A DNA stretch of 64,000 nucleotides from Eledone cirrhosa (GCA_964016885.1 OZ024740.1:390538001-390602000), one strand, 5' to 3'; positions 37,967 to 53,388 are shown, counted from the first letter of the stretch. The notes: generated by a model from the sequence alone, not told the origin. Numbers and translations are program-made.

Positions 37967-40900
37967 ATGGCCAATATAAGAGTTGGATGTGTGAATGTAC
38001 GCGGCCTGGGGATGCCCTGGAAACAGGGCAAACTCTTAAACGACCTCATGTCGCACAGTATGGATGTGGTAGCCATTTGCGAGTCCAGGATCCATAGCGA
38101 GCGACAGCTGGCCCCCATCTTCGATGACTTTGAGATCTACGCATCTCTCTGTCAACCGGGGGGGGGGGGCGGAGTTGCCGTTTTGCTGCGGAAACACCTG
38201 GGCCTCGTAACACAGACGGTACATCTGGACCCGGAGGGTCGACTGGTGGTCCTAGACGTTGACGGTAGTGAAGGTGGAGCCTTCAGGCTGGTGGCCGCAT
38301 ATCCCCCATCCGGGACACCGCAGCCAGACTTCTTCAAACGTCTAGAGACTTTTCTGGGAACGTCCCGCTCCTTGCTTTTAGTGGGGGACTGGAATGGAAT
38401 CCTAGATGCACGTTGGGACTATGTGGGAGCATGTCCCGATAAAGGGGGGTGTAACAGCCTCAAACAGTTAATCGACCGATTTGACCTGGTCGATAGATAT
38501 CGACTGGATTTTCCGACTGCGCCACTGTGGACGTGGAGTAATCGTTGCGGAACATCTAGATCGTACCTAGATAGGGTTCTAGTTAGAAATAAGGATAGGG
38601 ACATGTTAAGCTGTCCACAAATGTTCATGGTTGCCTATTCAGATCACAAACTAGTGACCTGCATGGCCAACCTTGATAGAATCCATAGACAAGGACCCAG
38701 GTACTGGAAGCTGAACTTGTCGTTACTGACAAGCAAAGCCTACAGTAGACGGATTAGCACCTTAGATAAACAGCACTTTAGAGGGGCCATTGTCAACAAC
38801 AGATGGTGGTACTCTCTCAAGAGGGCAGTTAGATTAGACTCGTTAGTTTTTAGTAAAGAATTAGCGTTAGATAGAAATAGAACCGAGAAGGAACTGGTAG
38901 ATAAAGTAGAAGAAGCAATTAGAAGTGGCAACGTAGCCAGCGTGCTAGCAACGAGAACGGCCTTGGACCAGTTCTTCGACGCAAAGCACGAGGGCTGCGT
39001 TGTCAGAAGCAAAATACGTGCTCTGGGAAACGAGGGAGCCAAAGCTGTTAGCTGGGCCCGAGTGACGGAGGCAAAAAGTGGCAACAAGTCCACGATTCGG
39101 TCTTTGAAGGACCAAAACGGACGCGTGATACGTCAGCCGAAGCAGATGTGTGCGGCCTTTCAGCGGCACTTTGCTCAACTGTTCGGGTGGGGCGGCGCGC
39201 CGGGAGGGGCTATGGATTTCGGTCCATACCTCGACGGCCTACCGCGACTCTCGAACAGCGAGGCAAAGTTCTGCGAAAAGCCGATTTCAGCCGCTGAGAT
39301 AGGGGACGCGCTGAACCAATGCGGCAAACGCAAATCTCCAGGTGTCGACGGTCTACCCTACGAATTTTACGTAGCAATGCCGGACTTATTCTCCGGTCTC
39401 CTGGAAGCGGTCTACTGCAACTGGCAACAGAAAGGGAGAATCCCCAGATCTGTAACCGGGGCGTGGTCACACTAGTCAGGAACGACGAGAATAAGGGGGA
39501 TGACATAGGCAACTTCCGGCCCATAACCCTGCTAAACACAGAGTTACAGATTTTGGCCAAGGTATTGGCAAAGAGGCTGGCGCTTGTCGTCGAGAACCTG
39601 GTGGGAGAAGCGCAGACATGCGCAATCCCGACCAGGTCCATACACGACAACCTCCACCTCATGCGATACATCATAGAAAGGGTAGGGTGTAAACCCGGCT
39701 TCGGTGGGGCCCTGATCAATTTGGATCAGTCTAAGGTTTTCGATAGGGTTGACCATCGTTACCTCGATGCGGTGCTCGAGGCGGCAGGCTTCGGACCCGT
39801 GTTCAGGGGCTGGATTGCTGCAATGCACAACAGCAACATCTGCTCAAGGGTCAAGGTGAACGGCTACCTCTCGGAGCCGTTCCATATTACGCGATCCATT
39901 CGACAGGGATGCCCTCTCCTCCCTTCTGTACGTACTGACTCTCGAGCCACTACTGCGGAAGCTGGAGCTATTGCAGGGCATCCCTCTGGAACCGGGACTG
40001 CGGAAAGCAGCGTCGGACTACGCCGACGACGTGACAGTAATGGTGTCGAGCGCCTCACAAATCGAGGAAGTCGGCACCTTACTGAAGGAATACGAAATTT
40101 TCACAGGAGCGAAGCTGAACCGGGACAAATCCATCGGTTTGCAACTCGGATCGTGGAGAGGCAAACCGATGCCTTCCGATGGCGTCGTCGGATCTAGACG
40201 GAAGGACCGGTAAAGCTGCTCGGGGTCTGGTTTGGTCCGGACCTCCAGGTGGAGAAGAACTGGAACGAAGTGACGGCCAAGGTGTTTGCACTCACCCAGA
40301 AGTGGGCCGAGTGCAAACTATCCTTGAAAGGTCGAGCGGAGGTGGCGAACACTTTTATAGCGTCCGCCATCTACTACCGCTTGACCGTCGTGCCTTGTCC
40401 AGCCAAAACGCTCGCCAAAATGGAACGCGCGCTCTTCCAATTCCTTTGGAAGAGGCGGGCTCCTTTGGTGAGAAGATCCATCTGCTGCCAACACCCTTCT
40501 AACGGAGGGCTGGGGATGCCGTGATTGACGATGCGCAAACACGCGCTCAGGCTGCGGCATCTCTACGTATTCCTCACCGGACAACCGCTGTGGGCCCCGT
40601 TCGTGAGGCGAGCCTTCCCACGACTCGTCTCGCGAGCTGCAGTCCTGGGACAAGCAAAGACCGAGGAAAATGGGCGACTGGCACATCGAATGTGCTCAGG
40701 CGCTCACAGCCCTCTGGCAGGCGGACCCGGCGATCAGTGGAGTCTCCACTTCGTCATTCTATAGAGGGTTGATCCGCAGCAAGTGCGACGACGCGCTCGG
40801 TGAAACTCTAGGCGTAGAGGAAGATAAACTGGCCAGTCTGTTCGGTAGGACCTTCCGCCCGGGACCGATGGACAACTTCCAAAAGTCCCTGGCCTGGCAG

Positions 40901-41397
40901 TGCTACCGAGGAGCTCTACCAGTTCGAGATAAGCTCTACAGACATGGGCGCCCGGGCAGGGACCCTGCAAAAAAGATCTGTCCGAGGTGCGTGCGTAACG
41001 AAGAAACCGTCGCGCACGCATTCATACACTGCCCGGATGTCACTGACCTGTGGGGCTATGTAGAACGACTATTGTCGCGGGTGGGACCAATCCGGTTGAC
41101 CACTGAGTCCATTGTCATGATCAAACCGCCACCCTCCTTCAAAAACGAAGGAGAGGCGGTTTTCCTTTGTGTGATAGCTATGGCGAAAGAGGTTGTATGG
41201 TGGACAAGGTTGAAAGGGCTGAGGTCAGACACCTTTCTCTCCAGCCAACAACTGGTTCTTTTTTTCAAATACCACTTTGGAAGAAGAATCAGGATGGAGA
41301 GAGAGAGGTGCTGCACCCCAGCAAGTTTTATGAAAGGTGGGTGAAAGTGGCGAGAATGGCCCGAGTGAATGGGCCTTTTCTCTATATCAGCCTGTAG
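37967..41397 (+). pseudogene. Tx1-like ORF2 (APE endonuclease, RT, C-terminal Zn finger), frameshifted
   Basis: NVRGL, GDWN, YLDR, SDHK, YWKLN; KSPGVDGLPYEFY; NFRPITLLN; DQSKVFDRVDH; RQGCPL; YADD; CPRC...ETVAHAFIHC. Confidence 0.93.
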
Positions 41398-41657
41398 GTT
41401 GAGGAAAAGGAGGAGGAGAGGAAAGGAGTACAAACTCTTCGTAACTCCTGGAGTTGAGGGTTGCACATTTTTTCGGGGGTGTGTTACCCATATGAACTGT
41501 CTCCCCCTATTGGGGAAAATCGACTAACTTTTTAAATTGCATTTGTGATAACATTTTACACGTTTTTATTGTATGTAAACTTCCCCCTTTGTATTTGTCC
41601 CCTTCTTTTGTGCCCCTGTGGCTAATAAAGAAACATATCTATCTCTCTTTCTGTCTG

Positions 41658-44600
41658 ACGTGTGGAACATCGCCGGTAAGCTTTTTTGTTAATTTCTATG
41701 TAAAAAAACCGAACTAATTGTTTGAAAAAACATAACGCTTTGTAGATTAACCTCCAAACTGAATTGTCAGCTGGGTGGTAATCCCATTTTTATTTTTAAA
41801 ATTTGTTTTAAAATATCAGATTTTACAAACTAAATAACTTGTGCAACACAAGAACGCTGGAGAACGTTAATAGAGAAAAGAGAGAGAAAGAGGCAGATAT
41901 TAACGTTATATCTGCTTCTGCTACTATGGACGTCGCCATAGATACAACTGTCACCAAAGAGAAAAATATATTAACACTTGAAAATTTTAAAATTTCTACC
42001 GTCGAAGTGGAGAAAAATAACAATAACACACAGGAAAACACAGGAATTAAACCCATTAACATACATTCACATGAAAAAACATCAACAACTCTACAGATAC
42101 ATCTACACATAAAGTTTCACCTCGACAAGGAACTGAGATTTCCAACAACGATAACAACAACATCAACAGCAACACCACACAAAAAAAGAAAATGTCTTTC
42201 GCTGAAACAGTGAACAAAAACAAGATTTTATAAATCTTGATATCTCCAACGCAAGAGATATGCTCCAGCAAGGGAGAAAATTTGTAACTTTCGAAGAAAG
42301 AGGTGGGTTTAGAATTAACTCACCCCTTGAAATAAAGGAAGACACAATCCGCAGATCAGTCACTTTTAGGACTGTGTCAAATTCGACAAGAAAGCCGACA
42401 TTTGTTAATCAAGCAGATATAGAAGATACTTTCAAGGAAATTCTAACAAATGTCGATTTTCTCCAGCGAGGAAAACAGTACGGAAGTGTTTCCGTACTGT
42501 TTAAAAGCGAGGCACTCGCCCCAAAAAACACCAATGGTGTCAAAAGCATACAGCTGTTTCCCTACATACATGGGGAAAAGGACACAAAAAATAAAAATAA
42601 AAAACATATCTCCAAACATTAACATCTGGTGGATCTTGGCTGGCTTCGTAGAGCCAGAAACAGATATGATACTTTCAATACGAAAATCTATTCGACAAAG
42701 GTGGGCGGGCACAGATTTGGAGATTCTGTTGCAAATGAAACCGGAGAGAATCTCCAAAATACCCGAAAGAGTCGTTATTGATAATAACAACAAAATAAAC
42801 ATTTCGGTAGAAGGACGAAAATTTCATTGCTTTTGCTGTGGTAGCACAGCTCACCTAAAAGCCTCTTGTCCACAAACACACAACAACACCATAAAAAAAC
42901 GCTATTACCAACACCAACACCAAAAAACCCACCACCACCACAAGTACAACGACAGACGAAACGAGCAACCACACCAAAACAAACAGGCACTCAACCAACA
43001 ACAACAGAAAAAACAGAGACAACACCCCTGAAGAACACATCCCCACTCCATCCCACTCCATCAAACACTACCACAAACATACATACCGAAACACCACCAC
43101 CACACAGCATACCCTTACCCCACACACCTGACGATGATTATTCATCGACGGATGAAGCTGCTTCTCCTTCTTTAAGTGAAGAAGAGGGAGAACCGCGGAA
43201 ATCTAAAAAACAAAAAAAGAGACACCACAAAACCCCCAAAACTCCAATCACCAACACCAACACATAACTACAGACACAAACAACAACACAAACAACACCA
43301 CAGTCAAACATCCCCCTATCAGCAAAACCAGCACCAGCACCACCCCAAACACAAGCACCCACCATAAAAAGAAAACTCCCGGACGAACAACAAACTAAAA
43401 CAACACAAACAACAATACGCATACATCAACACAAACAACAAGAGTTTGATGGAGGTCATCTCCCAAAACCCCAAGGTGGAGACGGAGGGCAAAACTTTCG
43501 TCAAGGCAGAATCGTCTCCACACCTTAAACTTATAAGGGTTTCTATGGAAACCTATAAAGACCTAAAAATTAAATTTTCACAGGACGTGTGCAACCCCTG
43601 CCACAAACCCATCAACCGCGTCCTGTTAAAATGTTTCCACACCCCACCCAACACCCCATCCAGCACCCAAATGGAGATTGAACAACCCGATCTCCAGGAA
43701 ACGAAAAGGTAAGTGCACCTTTCGTCCTTTTTCTCCAACTTTTCTTCACCAACATGGCTAGTTTACGAGTTGGAATCGTGAATGTGCGTGGCCTAGGGAT
43801 GCCCTGGAAACAGGGCCAACTTTTAAACGACCTTAGGTCACACAGTATAGATGTGATAGCCATCACCGAGTCCAGGATCCACAACAGGCAGCAACTAACC
43901 CCCATCTTCGACGACTTTCAGATCTACGCATCTCTCTGTCAGCCAGGAGGTGGAGGTGGAGTGGCTGTTATGTTTCGGAAGAACCTGAACGTCGGAGTAC
44001 AGCAAGTACACTTGGGCCCGGAGGGTAGACTGGTAGTCCTAGACGTGAACAGTATCGGAGGTGGAGCCTTCAGACTGGTGGCCGTTTATGCCCCGACCGG
44101 GCAATCGCAATCACGGCCAGACTTCTTTAAGCGTCTAGAGTCTTTTCTGGGAACGTCTCGCTCCTTACTTTTAGTGGGGGACTGGAATGGTATCCTAGAT
44201 GCACGATGGGACTATGTGGGAGCATGTCCCAGTAGAGCGGGGTGCAACAGCCTCAAAACTTTAATCGGCCAATTCCAACTGGCCGATAGGTATCGACTGG
44301 ATTTCCCGACTGCACCATAGTGGACGTGGGCAAACCGCAGCGGGACATCTAGATCGTATTTAGATAGGTTCTTCATTAGAGAAAGAGACAAGGAGATGTT
44401 AAGCTGTCCACCAATGCACATGGTTGCCTATTCAGATCACAAGTTAGTCGTCTGCTTAGTCAACCGTGATAGAATACATAGACAGGGTCCCGGATACTGG
44501 AAGCTGAACGTGTCGTTGCCGGCACGTAAAGCTTAGAGTGAACAGATAAGTAGACTGGTCAAGCAACAGTTAACGGGAGCCATCGTCAACAATAGATGGT

Positions 44601-44708
44601 GGTACTCTCTCAAGAAAGCAATTAGAATAGAATCGATAGGGTATAGCAGAGAGTTAGCCTTAGAGAAAAACAGAATAGAAAGAGAACTAGTAGCCAAGGT
44701 AGAGGATA
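41658..44708 (+). mobile_element. L1/Tx1-clade LINE copy 2, in tandem after copy 1 and 3'-truncated
   Basis: Frameshifted ORF1 (~41927-43712, CFCCGSTAHLKASC) and ORF2 endonuclease from 43754 (MASLRVGIVNVRGLGMPWKQ) with in-frame stops. Homology ends at ~44708. Confidence 0.92.
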
Positions 44709-44944
44709 TATGCATATGATATAGATGAAATAAAATATATCGATCCAGTTGAACTATAAAACTTAATAGAAATTAAATATGGAAATAGTATAATCCCAGA
44801 ACACACAGAGACGTTACCATTATAGACAACTACAATTAATTTTGTAATATTTAGGATTAGGTATTAAAAGGAAGCAAAAAGACATTTAAAAGATAAATGT
44901 AACTTCAACTTGCAGTTGCAATTATAAAACAATTATAATTATTA

Positions 44945-45052
44945 AACACCTATTCCACGGTTTCAGACTAAGAGAAAACAAATATCAATTACTGTAATTG
45001 AGTAAGATAATTAGTAAATTTAAGACAACGGTCTTCATCAGTCGGTATGTCT
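44945..45052 (-). ncRNA. Degenerate hammerhead in a PLE pLTR-like relic
   Basis: Minus strand: CTGATGA-AGAC...(long loop)...GTCT-GAAA-CCGTGG-AA-TAGGTGTTT. U16.1 is lost and stem I is imperfect. Confidence 0.45.
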
Positions 45053-45754
45053 TTAGCTTCACAAAATATATTACCATCCATTGAGAATTCAAATTGAAAA
45101 ATGAACTCACATGTTTTGTTAAGGTAGCAAGAGTAATTCAGAGTCATGTTAGAATTAAGCGTGAATGTAAACAAGGTCATGGATATAAAACCATGTGCGT
45201 TATTAAAAGGCAGAGAGCATTTCCTAGTGTTAAATGAATAGCGTAGAAGTTCAGAGGATGGCTAGAAATAGCTCGGCAATGACTTCAAATAAAGCAGCTC
45301 AACCAAATAGTGGAGTAGTATTCATACAAAGTTAGCGATCAAATTAAATAAAATTATATTGATCTAGTTGTACTACAAAAGCTCAATGAAAAGTTCAGAA
45401 CATATTGACATTATTGTTATAGACAACTATAAAAGATACAAAAACAGAAGGAAGAAAAATTATGAAGAAAATTTAACACTAAAATATTTTTACAGTGATC
45501 GAAGGTTTCTTGGTATTATCTAGAGTCATGTCTCAATTGAATATTTGAGCTGTCTTTCAAAGTCGGAATGAAGTGACAGACTTTGTCGTAAAAATACGGA
45601 CAGGTAAAGAAACGAAGGAATACATAAGCATAAATAATTAAAGTGATAGATGTACAAACAAGTAGAGACATTGCAACACTCGGATATACAAATTAATGAA
45701 ATTTGTTTTCTTTTGTAATATAAAACAAAATGAAGTGGATACATACGGATACCA

Positions 45755-46440
45755 AACCAGGGACTGGAACGGCATCTTGGACGTACGCTGGGATTGTGTA
45801 GGAGTAGTAGATAGAAGCGAGGGTGGCAATATCCTCATAAACCTGGTAAGGCAGTTCCAAGTGCCTGACTAAATTTCTGAATGCGCCTGTGTTGAACTGG
45901 ATTAACCGCGAAGGGTCATCTAGATCGTATACAGATAGGGTTTTCGTCAGGCCAGCAGATAGGGATAGAATAGGGTATCAACGTTTCCAAATGGTCGCCT
46001 ATTCAAATTACAAATTCGTGATCTGCTTGGTTGACCTAGAAAGAACATGTAGGTAAGGATCTGGTTACTGGAAACTTAATGCGTCGGGGTGGAGAGAAAA
46101 GTGCTGCCTTCCACCCAGCTTGTTGAACGGTAGGTGAGAATGGCTAACATGATCCGTGTGAATGAGCCTTCCCTGTATATACGCCCGTAGATTGGAGGAG
46201 AAGAACTGGGTGGGGCACTTGCCCTAGCCGACAGAGTGACCGTGGCTTTTTGTAGGTTTTCTCCTCGGGTGACCCTCAGGGTCTCCCCACTTTTGTTTGT
46301 TTGTTTTTAAATGTTTATTTTCTTAGTCTCCGTTATAAATTTTATTTACACAAAAAAATCCCACACTCTACCGTCCTGTGCCGTTTGTAATGTTTACTTA
46401 ATGTGACCCCTGTGTGGCTAATAAAGAAATCATTATTATA
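45755..46440 (+). mobile_element. Internally deleted Tx1-like relic (endonuclease segment joined to the 3' end)
   Basis: DWNGILDVRWDCVG...GYWKLNAS, then a jump at ~46086 to the ORF2 C-terminus and a 3' UTR ending GCTAATAAAGAAATCATTATTA. Confidence 0.8.
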
Positions 46441-49159
46441 ACCTTAAGATTTCTGAAATGTGCAGTTGAAAATCAATAAAAAAATATATATGTCAGTACA
46501 CGATAAGAAATTTCTAGAAATTGGTAAAATATCAGTCAAATTCGGAGACAAAACTTTTTATGTAAAAAAATAAAACGGAGACTAAAAATTGAATATTGAA
46601 AACATAGTCAACAATTCTCAATTCCAATTATCTCTTTTTTGCTTTCTTTCTTTCCTTCATTCTTGCTTACTTTTTTCTTTCAATTTTATCTATTTATTTA
46701 TCTATAGATATTTAATTGTTTGTTTTAGTTTTTGTTTCTAGCTAGCTATTTTTACTGTGTGAAATATTCTTTTTATTCTTTCTTTTTATTCGTACTAGAT
46801 TTTTCGTTCATTTCATTTGAAATGATTTCAGTGATTTTCATTTTTCGATCAACCGACTGGTTCTCTCTCAAAATCCTCTTTCAAGAAAATGTAGATGTGC
46901 TCACACAAACATACGTACGCAATATCTTTTACTCACTCGTACTATTTTCATAACTTCATAACATCTCTCCCTCTATCTCCTTTCACATTTGAAATTATTC
47001 GATTATTTCGTCTGCCTTACATATGTCCGATTTCCTGTTCTATATTCTCTTGTTGATTTTTCACATTATCTACCGTAACTCCTCCTTCCGTATGTCATTC
47101 TAAATGCAAACCGTTACCATAGCTTCTTTAACATGAAATATTTCGCAATATCATAAATTTTACGTTACAGATTAGAGATAAATTCTTGGCGAACAAAGTG
47201 CATATTACTGTTTTGAATCTGTGATTGAAAATTCGTGAAAGTCTAAGAATATCGAGTAAATTATGGATTTGGGGACTTTGTTATTCCAAATGAGCTGCAA
47301 AGAACTTAAACTAAATGAAAGGCCGTCCCCCGTATATACAAACACACACACAGACACACACACACACAAACACACACACAGACACACACACATGTAAAAC
47401 GAAGACAAAATCATGTACTTGTGTGGGGCTAATCTATTCATACGCTCTGTGGTCTATTACGTAATTTTCATTGTATACTTATCACTAATATAAAAGATCA
47501 AGTCACGTGTCCTTTTTCTAGGATTTTTTCCTTTCTTTTTTCTTCTAGTTTCTCTCTTTCATTTATGATGTATGTTTGTAGAAGTAGAGAGAGAGACTGG
47601 GGATAGAGAACGTACACACACAAACATATACACGCACACACATTTTGGAGTGCATAAGATGTAAATGAGGGCAGCAGCACCAATATTCCAGCTGTAAGGG
47701 CAGTATCCCAGTGTCGTAGAAAGTTATCAGTTCTTTGAGATGTAGTTTTTGTGATTATACTTAAAATTGTAAGAGATCAGCATTGATTGTGAATTTTAGC
47801 ATTTGTAGCCACTTTCTCGTTTTAATTCGATGTTTTCGATGATTAAAGATTATGAGGTAAAACACTATTTTCTTCATAACTGTTGCAATTATGTTTCTAC
47901 GCTGTTAAAGGCAACCATATTGACACATCATCTGCATAAGTTTGATGTCTGGAATTTGGATTTGAACGATATCTATATGTGGAAGGTTAGGCAGTGTAAA
48001 GAGTAAGGGTTAATAGATGTGAAAATAAGCAAGTCATTAATGCACGGGAAGAAAAGTACGAACGATATATGGAGGCCTTGGCGCACACAGAATTGATGGG
48101 GGTGTGTGTTACGTCTACATGAGTTGTGGACTGAATGAATACAAGTGATCAGTGGACCATGATCTACTCTCTGATATTCTGTGGCTTATCTTATACTGTG
48201 CAGTGTTGCGTTCCATACTTCCCTGTTTATTTCTGTATATCATTCAAATAGGTTTGGAGATTTATTCTCTTCGTTATGGTTAGTGTTGTTTATCTGGGGG
48301 TAATGTTTATTCTAATAAACTCATCAATTTAATCACATCTACAACCATTCAGTTCTTTTATATGTCCATAACCATATTATACAAATCTTTCTTCTTTTAC
48401 GACTGTAGTGTGTAACGTGACGGAAAGGTTCCTATTTTAGCTGGTCGAGTGACTGCATCGAGCTTCCTTCGTTTACTCGAATAAATTTCAATCGGATGTA
48501 ACAGTATTTTCAGTATAAGTCTGTCATTTTCTTTGCAAGGCGAAGAAAAACAATATATTTTCTTTAACTCAGATATTTTCATCGGGGTGAGTACAAAAGG
48601 CAATAAAAATGAAAAGCTGTTTTATATCCATATTACCACATTTCTTCTGAAATATAAATCAATTTTTCAATTGATTTCTGTTGATTTCGTCTATATTTTG
48701 GACAAATGGTATATTTCTCAACCTTTTCTTTGATTCTTGTTTTTTTCCTTACTCTCTACCTACCTGTCGATAGATGTTTCTTTCTCTTTCCGCCTTAATA
48801 TTTAATTAAAAATATAGTTTTTAATATCAAAGGCATTCGTCAAGTCACATAGGCAAAGATACACATACAAGTACGTGTATGCTCATACAAGCATAAACAT
48901 ACGCTCATTACAACAGCATGATGTAAACGATGCAGTATCATTGTGACGCGTTCTATTGTTAGTACACACCCACACCCACACACATGCACCCCCCCCTCCG
49001 ACACACACACACACTCATCATATCAACCCATGCAGAAGTGAATTTCATACGATGGACTGACAAGGCAATACCAATGGCTAATCTCTCTGCTATTGGAATA
49101 AAACAAAATATTGTACTCACACGCATACACACAGAGATACACCCACATATAAAAATACA

Positions 49160-49732
<573 letters not shown>

Positions 49733-50834
49733 GCACCACCTCAAAAAGGTATTAAGAAATATGGCTTTCTGGCCTGCTGTAGTATTCTATCATTTGTAGT
49801 AAATAACATTTGCTAATACAGGACGTATTTGTGAAGAATATATTAATTTCGAGCAGCATCTGGTAGGATTTATTGGCTACTGATCAAATACTCTCTTTCC
49901 TCCATTGTTTTTCTTCTTTTATATATTTACTGATCTACTTATTATTCATCTATTGAAACGCCGTATTAGGGTTCTCTCATGACAGGATGAATACCTTATC
50001 TCTTGACGGAAAGAATTTCTTATAGGAAAACTTGCAAAATCAATATTGATTATTAGCAGAAAAGGTTGACGAATTGACAGATAAGGAAAGGGGTCGGACT
50101 AAGTACCTTACAGCATCTAGTCCTGCATTAAACATCCTCCGGTATTCCATTTGATACACCCCACACGCACATCGATGCACACGCCGATACAAACACACAC
50201 ACAGACTAACAGCTCTATGACAAATTGCTTTCTATTTATCATAAACATGTTCACAATTTTGATGCGAACACACTCATCAAAGTATTCTACAAACCATGAT
50301 AAATCGAATTCAATTCGTTTAAATCTTTAAATCTTCAGCTTGTTTTGACTACTGGCAAAGTTATGACAATGTGAGCATTCTGTCAGCCGTCTCTGAAATA
50401 CATACATGAAAAAGAAGATCGTTAAAGTAGAAAGTCTTTCTCGATTTCCCTCTAACTCATAGAATGACTTTGTCAATAAACAACAACTGGGTGAAACGTT
50501 ATGTGTACTCCCGCCATCATCGCCAACAGTTTTCTCAGCATTTTTCCTTTATGAACAATATTTAAATCATACTAACTTCTTCAGTTGTTCTGAAGACAGA
50601 CAATAAATCTTTCCCTCTAAGTACGAGCTATTTGAAACTTGGATGATGATGAAGAGGGCGCACGTATAACGTGTAGCTCCTGTTCTGTTCATAAAGCTAA
50701 GTGTAGATTCTATGTTCTGTACAGTGTATGTTATTTTCGGATAAAAAAAATAATACATAGGATCAATTTAAAAGATAATTTTAACTTCCCTTTGACGTTT
50801 CAAAGAATAGGAAGTTTTTTAATAGCTAATGTCA

Positions 50835-51325
50835 ATGTGTTTGGTGAGAGCAGCTCGTAGTGGATGACACCTTTCCAGTCCTACCAGATGTTCAGTAGGG
50901 CCATGCGAGTGATGGAGGAGGCCAGACTTTGATTTCTGTTGTGACGCACTCTATTTATCAACAGACGATCGCTTGCGCTTGACATTCATGTAGAGACCCT
51001 TGTTTCACCACCAGTGACAATGGAACGTAACCAGTTGTTTGTTCGATGGTAAGAGAACAGAGTAGTTGCAGCTAGCGCCCGACATTCATGATTATGGTCA
51101 GTCAGATTGTGGGGCACCCATTGCTTTAGCTTGGACACCTTCCCTAGTGCATACAAGTGATCCAGGATGGTTGTTTTTGAGGCCCCAAACACTTCGGAGA
51201 GTTGACCTGATGTCTGACGTGGGTCGAATGTTCGTCATTGAAGTCGAATGGACGTCCTGCGTGAGGTCGATCTACAAGGCTGTAATCACCGAAACGGAAG
51301 CGTGCGAACTAGTCCCTGGCACTGC
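50835..51325 (-). pseudogene. Mariner (Tc1/mariner DD34D-type) transposase fragment
   Basis: LGKVSKLKQWVPHNLT...WLRSIVTGGETRV (WVPHEL and IVTGDE motifs), plus W*DWKGVIHYELL. Confidence 0.85.
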
Positions 51326-51406
51326 GTTCATACGTATGTACGTATGTATGCATGTCTGTATTTATTGTATGTATATGTATGTATGTATGTATATATGTAT
51401 GTATGT

Positions 51407-52021
51407 CAGGTCACCAGTTGGTGCTACTGGTAACATGTATCCCAGTATAACCTGTCCCATGGTCGGGTCGTTGGCGACTAAACTGGCAACCCCACCAAGG
51501 TTTCTTGGTGAGGAGGGTGACTTTGGACATCCTGCAGGACTAAAAACAAAACCTGGCAAAGGAGCTCTTAAGAGTCAATGGCCATCCAAAATCACCGGGA
51601 GAGATGACCCCTTAGCCTTTGTCAAGGCAGAATTCTAAGAGAAGGAAAACTCTGATATAACACCTGCAACCCTGATGGTATCCAATGATGTTGACTTATT
51701 CTTCTTTTTGGTAAATATCATCTTGGTTAAGAGAGTGGGACTGGCTTTGTGCAGTGCCTTTGCTCACTATAAAAGCTTCACGGCACAGGCATTGCTTTAT
51801 ATCTGGAGATCTTTCTACACTTGTCGTCACATGGTACCAAAGGCCCAACACTATGTGTCAATAATTGTCACAGGTGTAGTGTTTGTACCAGAGTTTTCAA
51901 GTCGCTGGCTGGACTAAAAGTCACACTTGTTTAGCGCATCGGTAGGGGTTCTCCTACATGGATATAAAGTAGTGGCCGTACTCGAAAACGAGTTGGCAGC
52001 CACCATGTATGTAAGTATGTG
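51407..52021 (+). mobile_element. Non-autonomous RTE-derived ~600-bp retroelement, copy 2, in (TATG)n
   Basis: Same 5' junction (TATGT|CAGGTCACC) and 3' junction (GCAGCCACC|ATGTATGT) as copy 1. Confidence 0.85.
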
Positions 52022-52169
52022 ATGTACTGTAGCGTGTTGAACATATATCGAACAAAGACAACCAGATATTTTACTGACAGGAAGACTCTAACTAAAAAGA
52101 CATACGTGTATATATGTATATATATATATATATATACACATACGTACATATGTACATATGTATATGTAC

Positions 52170-52248
<79 letters not shown>

Positions 52249-53005
52249 TAAAAGGAAAAGAAAATGCTGACAAATTGTTCCCAGTAAAAAATAGTTTAAT
52301 TAGGAATAAGTAAAAATTAGTAATAGTATTGGTTAGTATTCAGTTTTGGTTTTAAGTTTTTACCGGTTGCGCATTTCTAATGCTTTTCAAAAATAATTTT
52401 GAGATAGAGCGCCCGTGATGTTTGTCTTGTGTTACATTTTCAATATAACACAAACTCAAGCAAGCGGATAGTTTCTTTTATTGCGGCTTACATTTTCATT
52501 CCTAATCGTTTATAAGGTTTATAATACACAAATCTAACATGCATTACTAAACCAATCAGTATTCTTTCCACACAAAATGCAAAGTTAAACAATAAAGTAT
52601 CTGACGTTGTTTTTTCTATTTTCCTTTCCTTTTTCCTTGTCTTTTCTAATGAAGATGAAAAGAATGTCTTACTCATGGAAAATGCGGCTTAAATGATGAA
52701 TGATTACTAAAAAAAAACAATAAAGAAATAGTTTGTAAACTGCATAAAAATAACAAATTTGAAATACCAAAGAACTACCAACAAGAGGCATAACAAACAA
52801 ACATGCATATCATACTAAGAACAACATTACCAACATCTAAAAATGAATGCTTTGCTTCATTAAATTGAACGCATTATAGTTAAATATTACAAGGTGGAAA
52901 CAATTTCAGAGCAAACAATAAAATTATATACGAAAAATGAAATTCATTTTGTTCATTTGGGCAGAAAACACCGTATTCATGTTCATAATTTGTTAATATA
53001 TATAT

Positions 53006-53126
<121 letters not shown>

Positions 53127-53262
53127 TATATAGATATCCAAAATTAATTAAGGGTGTCATGTCAGAGAGACATGCGCCATATCCACTGTAGAATATGCTC
53201 CAAGATTCCAGTGGTTTACCGATCGATTGATGGTGAAATATATTTCTTTAATGAAATATATA

Positions 53263-53388
53263 CAAGGAAGATTAATCAATTTATAAGGTATCTATTTTTA
53301 AAGTTCTAGTTAAACTTTAATTAGTTACCTACCTAGCTATGTGTGCTTACACACTTTTACAGATTATTCCCTGTGATTGTTTCATATG

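Larger units (their letters stand above)
36040..41636 (+). mobile_element. Near full-length L1/Tx1-clade LINE, copy 1
   Basis: ORF1 and ORF2 present. The 3' UTR ends GCTAATAAAGAAAC followed by TATC-like repeats. Confidence 0.95.

Noticed and set aside
48400-48592. Possible first exon ending at a GTGAGT donor, with a TACTAAC/acceptor at ~50570-50584
   Set aside because: No coherent ORF or other support from the sequence alone.
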